A stretch of DNA of 64,000 nt. It comes from Eledone cirrhosa. Taxonomy: Eukaryota. The stretch is taken from NCBI GenBank assembly GCA_964016885.1, contig OZ024742.1, forward strand, positions 102,238,001 to 102,302,000, in the 5' to 3' direction. The position numbers were made by a program, and so were the translations under genes. Position 1 is the first letter of the stretch, and each line of letters begins with the position of its first letter. Shown here piece by piece: positions 57,785 to 64,000 of this stretch. The notes below the pieces were generated by a model, which ran no database searches, was not told the origin of the DNA, and saw only the letters and a program-made list of their open reading frames with translations.

Positions 57785-57793
<9 letters not shown>

Positions 57794-58200
57794 TAAAAAA
57801 TAATGAATAAAACAATGAAACAGTTCCTTATATTAAACAAAAAAAGTTCATTATTTAACGATCGTTTCTAGGATATATATGTGTTTAGAATTGGCATGCA
57901 TATTCAACAGATCTATGTACAAAATTATACAAAATTATACAAACTATCAAGATTAAATATACATACCAAACACACATATATGCCGTCTTCAGAAAAAATC
58001 AATATATATGTGTGTTTGGTATGTATATTTAATCTTGATAGTTTGTATAATTTTGTATAATTTTGTACATAGATCTGTTGAATATGCATGCCAATTCTAA
58101 CACATATATATCCTAGAAACGATCGTTAAATAATGAACTTTTTTTGTTTAATATAAGGAACTGTTTCATTGTTTTATTCATTATTTTTTAAATATTTTAT
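57785..58200. mobile_element. ~197-bp-arm foldback (inverted pLTR) in (TA)n
   Basis: Arms ~57785-57981 and ~58004-58200. Confidence 0.9.
57850..57999 (-). ncRNA. Type-I hammerhead with ~120-nt extended stem II
   Basis: atttttt CTGAAGA cgg-catatatgtgt...acacatatat-atcc-ta GAA ACGATCGT T aaataat. Confidence 0.7.
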
Positions 58201-58332
58201 CTTGACTCTGTATTCCGTTTATCTTTCACCGAAAGTGATTTTTCATTGCATCTCTTCTTTCCATGATATCCGGACTACATTGAGTTCTCCATACGGATTG
58301 GACACTACCGTAAAACTCTTGGTAGATTTATC

Positions 58333-58388
<56 letters not shown>

Positions 58389-58425
58389 ATATATATATAT
58401 ATATATTGTATATATATATATATAT

Positions 58426-58479
<54 letters not shown>

Positions 58480-58495
58480 ATATATATATATATAT

Positions 58496-58541
<46 letters not shown>

Positions 58542-58561
58542 ATATATATTATATATATATA

Positions 58562-58606
<45 letters not shown>

Positions 58607-58618
58607 ATATTATATATA

Positions 58619-58675
<57 letters not shown>

Positions 58676-58753
58676 TGTATATATATATATTTATATATAT
58701 ATATATATATATATATTGTATATATATATATTTATATATATATATATATATAT

Positions 58754-58784
<31 letters not shown>

Positions 58785-58795
58785 TGTATATATAT

Positions 58796-58880
<85 letters not shown>

Positions 58881-58896
58881 ATTGTATATATATATA

Positions 58897-61445
58897 TCAT
58901 CATCATCATCAACGTTTAACGTCCGTGTTCCACGCTTGCATGGGTTTGGATGGGGGTATTCCCACTTGAGGCAAGAGTGATTGTCTTGCTCGCATAGGAC
59001 TGTCTGGCAGGTTTTCTACAGTTGGATGCCCTTCCTAACACCAACCACATTTACAGTGGGTCTGGGAGGTTTTTACCGTGTTGCCTACACGGCCACATTA
59101 CAGCGTGGACTGTGTGTTTTTTTGTCGTGACACCTACACGATCTCATCTGTTTCGGCCTGGATGGCATGGCACCAACATAACTTTACATAGAAGGGGGGT
59201 GGTGTGGATGGGGTGGGGGTGGTGGGACGGGGTGTATTTTGTTAGAGATGCCTACTGGCTGTAGTAGGTTATACTATGTATTTAGGTAAGGCGGGTCTTC
59301 TGTTACTGAGTACCGCCAAAGGTCTCGGTCCAGTGACATTGTCTTGGAGAGGTGTAAGTGTGTGAGGTCGGAATTTATCAGCTCGTCCCAGGTTTTTCTA
59401 GGTCTGCCTATTCCGTGGCTACTGTCTATCTTTATTGCCCTGCACTTTGTTATACAGCTATCGACTTTCATGCGCATCACGTGTCCATACCAACGTTGAC
59501 TTCTCTCGAGTAAACAACATCTGATCCCTCTTATTATATAAGCTCTCTGAACTTTTCCAACCAGTTCTGACTCTAGCTACTGTACTTTCAGAGCACCCTC
59601 CCCCACTGCTGATTTTGTCGCCCAGGTAACGGAAGCTGTCCACTATTTCTATAGAACCCTCTGCGCAATTGAAAGAGCTAGTATTATGTGGGCACTTGCT
59701 GCTACTTATTGCACCAGAGCACCGGCCACATGTAAAATCTATGTTCTTAGTTAGCTTACCTGTGATCCCACTACATCTTTTATGCACCCATACTTTGCAT
59801 TTGGGACATAAAATGGAGTTTCTACCTACGCCTTTCCTACACACTGAGCATGGCCATTTCCCAGAAGGGACCGCCGCCTTATTTTCTTTCCTACAAACTA
59901 GAACTTTAGTCTTAGCCAGGTTAATTTTAAGTCCTTTTGATTCTAGGCCGTGCTTCATGTTTGGAATTTCTTCTCTAGCTCGGCCATTGATTCCGCTATG
60001 AGTGTCAGGTCGTCTGCGTATAGGAGTTCCCATGGGCAGCCTGTCTTGAACTCCTCTGTTATAGCCTGAAGGGCAATAATAAATAGTAGGGGGGCTGAGA
60101 ACAGAGCCCTGATGGACGCCAACTTTTACGCTAAACTCTTCACTATATTCGTTGTTAATTCTAACCTTGCTGACTGTTTCTTTATACATGGCTTGTATCG
60201 CTCTCACAAGCCATTCGTCAACACCTAGTTTTCTAAGAGCCCACCAGATAATGGAACGGGGGGGACTCTGTCGAAGGCTTTCTCCAAGTCGACGAAAGCT
60301 AAGTAGAGGGGTTTACCTTTAGCTAGGTACTTCTCCTGTAGTTGTCGTACAATGAAAAGAGCGTCTGTGGTACTTTTGCCTGACACAAACCCGAACTGCA
60401 TTTCATCTTGGTCAATTCTCTCTCCGATTAGTTGCGCTATTACTTTTTCCGTGACCTTCATGACCTGGTCGATTTAATTTAATGCCTCTATAGTTACTCC
60501 TATCTAGGGCATCTCCTTTACCCTTATAACAGTTAACGATGATGCTGCTATGCCAGTCCTTCGGAACAACCCCATTCTGTACGACTTGGTTAACTATGCG
60601 GGTGACCATGGTGTGTCCCACCGTGCCAGATGCCTTCAGCATCTCAGCAACTATTTCCGAAGGCCCAGCCGCCTTACCCGTCTTCATATCCTTGATTGCC
60701 TTACTTATTATACTCCCCTCGACTAACACTGCTGGTCCCTCTATTGGGTCGATGTGGGGGGAGACTGTCTTTCTCCCATTTATTCTCCTCATTTAGTAGC
60801 CTTTCATAGTGACACTTCCAAGCTACCTTCTTATCAGCGTCGGTGATGGCAAGTACGCCGTCATCATTAAGTACACACTTCTCCCCGACAATATCACGGT
60901 TTTCCTTGACACATTGCCTAGCAATCCTGAACACCTCACGTTTTTGGTCCTCGCGTTGTAGAACATGCTTGAACTTTCTTTCCTCTGCTTCCCTTCTTGC
61001 GAAGTACACTTGTCTCCTAGCTTCCCTCCTGGCCACTTGATAGTCTTCTCTACTTCCCCCATCCCGCCATACTTTCCAAGCCTGCTTTTTGGCCTTAATT
61101 GACCCCTCCACCTTACTGTTCCACCACCATGTTACTCTCCTCCTGCCTACAGGCCTGCTCCAGCCACAGACTTCGTCTCTCGCCATCAGCAGGTTTGCTT
61201 TCAGAAATTCCCACTGTCCCTCTATATTGTCCGACTCTAAATGCTCTTCCTTACTGTCGAAAGCATCAAGTAATATGCTTTGAAATTTATTTCTGGCTGT
61301 GGGATCCTTTAGCTTCCATATTTTTCTCCTGAGGATAGTCCTCTTCTGCTGTCGAGTACGTCTCGTCCTGACTATGAGGTCGCTAATTATCAGTCTATGT
61401 TGGGAGGTGCATTCTTCATAGGGGAGGGGTTTAGGGATTTAGTGT
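58897..61445 (-). mobile_element. RTE-clade LINE (APE C-terminus + RT), frameshifted, same family as 56259-57566
   Basis: EECTSQHRLIISDL, NYRGIKL, QFGF, FVDLEKAFDRVP, GVHQGSVLSP and LLYADDL; internal deletion after KFREL; (GAT)n tail. Confidence 0.95.
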
Positions 61446-61547
61446 TTTAGATATATATATTGTATATATATTGTATATATATATATATATATTGTATATA
61501 TATATATTGTATATATATATATATACAATATATATATATATACAATA

Positions 61548-61817
61548 ACCCATGCTAGCGTGGAAGAACGGACGTAAAACGGTGATGATGATATTGTATA
61601 TATATATATATATATATATATTGTATATATATATATATATATATTGTATATATATATATATATATATATTGGTGTTAGGAAGGGCATCCAGGTGTAGAAA
61701 ACCCGCCAGACAGTCCTATGCGAGCAAGATAATCACTCTTGCCTCAAGTGGGAAAACCCCCGTCCAAACCCATGCAAGCGTGGAACATGGACGTTAAACG
61801 ATGATGATGATGATGAT
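61548..61817 (+). mobile_element. Two RTE 3'-end fragments (61548-61591 and 61669-61817)
   Basis: ACCCATGC..GCGTGGAA..GGACGT..AAACG(GAT)n matches the RTE 3' UTR. Confidence 0.85.
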
Positions 61818-61922
61818 ATTGTATATATATATATATATATTGTATATATATATTGTATATATATATATTGTATATATATATTGTATATATATATTGTATA
61901 TATATATATTGTATATATATAT

Positions 61923-61962
<40 letters not shown>

Positions 61963-62023
61963 ATATATATATATTGTATATATATATATATTGTATATAT
62001 ATATATATTGTATATATATATAT

Positions 62024-62080
<57 letters not shown>

Positions 62081-62211
62081 TGTATATTGTATATATATAT
62101 TGTATATATATATTATATATATATATATTGTATATATATATTGTATATATATATATATATTGTATATATATATATATATTTTATATATATATATATATAT
62201 TGTATATATAT

Positions 62212-62247
<36 letters not shown>

Positions 62248-62510
62248 ATATATATATATATATATATATTGTATATTTAAAAACACACAGATACATGCGG
62301 ACACACACATATATACATGAATGCATCCGCACCCAACTGTGAGTTAAGGGTGCCAACTTCACCGATGTTGCTCAATGAATGACTGGGACAGACCAATTCA
62401 GTTTGAACCAGACTGAACCAGTATCAGAGTTAAAAATACATTATGAAGAGAGAAGAAACATTTAGATATAATTAGTAATAAAATGTATCATACCTAAACT
62501 GTTCCTAAAT

Positions 62511-62598
62511 TCCTCGACTACGTAGTTTCGTGGCATAAACAAAAACAATATATCAAAGATATAGAGTCCTTGCGAGGTCTGCCAACTTATCAAGAGGA
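62511..62598 (-). ncRNA. Hammerhead ribozyme (U3-A8), antisense copy
   Basis: Reverse complement of 62750-62837. Confidence 0.82.
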
Positions 62599-62749
62599 TA
62601 CCTCATTTTACTAGTCTCAAGAACGCGTCTACACGACGTGAGAAAGAATCCCAAAAGGCGGAGGGGGCGCGTGACTATCTCCCCCTCCGCCTTTTGGGAT
62701 TCTTTCTCACGTCGTGTAGACGCGTTCTTGAGACTAGTAAAATGAGGTA

Positions 62750-62837
62750 TCCTCTTGATAAGTTGGCAGACCTCGCAAGGACTCTATATCTTTGATATAT
62801 TGTTTTTGTTTATGCCACGAAACTACGTAGTCGAGGA
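62750..62837 (+). ncRNA. Hammerhead ribozyme (U3-A8 core, GUC site)
   Basis: tcctc TTGATAA g(t)tggca...tgccac GAA ACTACGTAGT C gagga. Confidence 0.85.
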
Positions 62838-63340
62838 ATTTAGGAACAGTTTAGGTATGATACATTTTATTACTAATTATATCTAAATGTTTCTTCTCTC
62901 TTCATAATGTATTTTTAACTCTGATACTGGTTCAGTCTGGTTCAAACTGAATTGGTCTGTCCCAGTCATTCATTGAGCAACATCGGTGAAGTTGGCACCC
63001 TTAACTCACAGTTGGGTGCGGATGCATTCATGTATATATGTGTGTGTCCGCATGTATCTGTGTGTTTTTAAATATATTAATAACTCCCTCTGGTCGAGCA
63101 ATCTTTGAAGTGTGGGGACAACTGGAAAGCTTCCATTACTCATACTTCTCGCCTTCTTCACTACCTCTTCTACGGCCTCGATATGAATACCCCCTCCGCC
63201 TCCGTGGTATTTTCTTCGTGGTTATAAGAGGCTTAGCTCTGTTTCTCGACCGTTATATCGCGTGACTATCTCCCCCTCCGCCTTTTGGGATTCTTTCTCA
63301 CGTCGTGTAGACGCGTTCTTGAGACTAGTAAAATGAGGTA

Positions 63341-63428
63341 TCCTCTTGATAAGTTGGCAGACCTCGCAAGGACTCTATATCTTTGATATATTGTTTTTGT
63401 TTATGCCACGAAACTACGTAGTCGAGGA
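63341..63428 (+). ncRNA. Hammerhead ribozyme (U3-A8), tandem copy
   Basis: Identical to 62750-62837. Confidence 0.85.
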
Positions 63429-63518
63429 ATTTAGGAACAGTTTAGGTATGATACATTTTATTACTAATTATATCTAAATGTTTCTTCTCTCTTCATAATA
63501 TATATTGTATATATATAT

Positions 63519-63558
<40 letters not shown>

Positions 63559-63576
63559 ATATATATATATATATAT

Positions 63577-63607
<31 letters not shown>

Positions 63608-63628
63608 TGTATATATATATATATATAT

Positions 63629-63668
<40 letters not shown>

Positions 63669-63686
63669 ATATATATATATATATAT

Positions 63687-63746
<60 letters not shown>

Positions 63747-63782
63747 TGTATATATATATTGTATATATATATACATATATTG

Positions 63783-63820
<38 letters not shown>

Positions 63821-63855
63821 ATATATATATATATATATATATATTGTATATATAT

Positions 63856-63886
<31 letters not shown>

Positions 63887-63930
63887 TGTATATATATATA
63901 TATATATATTGTATATATATATATATATAT

Positions 63931-64000
<70 letters not shown>

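Larger units (their letters stand above)
62272..63500 (+). mobile_element. Non-coding retrozyme-like / non-autonomous Penelope element: inverted + tandem repeats with three hammerheads
   Basis: 396-bp inverted arms 62272-62667 and 62681-63076. Direct repeat restarts at ~63259 (591-bp period). Flanked by (TA)n. Confidence 0.88.

Overview
AT-rich, microsatellite-saturated eukaryotic DNA with no intact host gene. The repeat landscape suggests an octopod cephalopod; this is inferred, not verified. Nearly all tracked ORFs are microsatellite artefacts. The real coding remnants are all transposon-derived: a Penelope-like RT/GIY-YIG pseudogene (9.1-10.5 kb), a frameshifted Tigger/pogo transposase (12.4-14.0 kb), two converging RTE-clade LINE copies plus two 3' tails (56.3-61.8 kb) and a short LINE C-terminal relic. 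There are dozens of tRNA-derived SINEs, several MITEs with clear target-site duplications (TSDs), five minisatellites and a ~4.9 kb (TA)n array containing a 200-N gap. The main signal, invisible in the ORF track, is about 14 intact or near-intact type-I hammerhead ribozyme motifs from about 11 distinct sequence families, plus several relics. They have palindromic (dimer-type) helix III, and some show U3-A8 or U.U core variants. They sit in short non-coding islands inserted into (TA)n tracts, often as long foldbacks or inverted-plus-tandem repeats. The best example (62.3-63.5 kb) has two same-strand ribozymes 591 nt apart and an antisense copy, a retrozyme-like / non-autonomous Penelope architecture that could release a circularisable RNA. 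All folds were assigned by eye and none has been computed or assayed.
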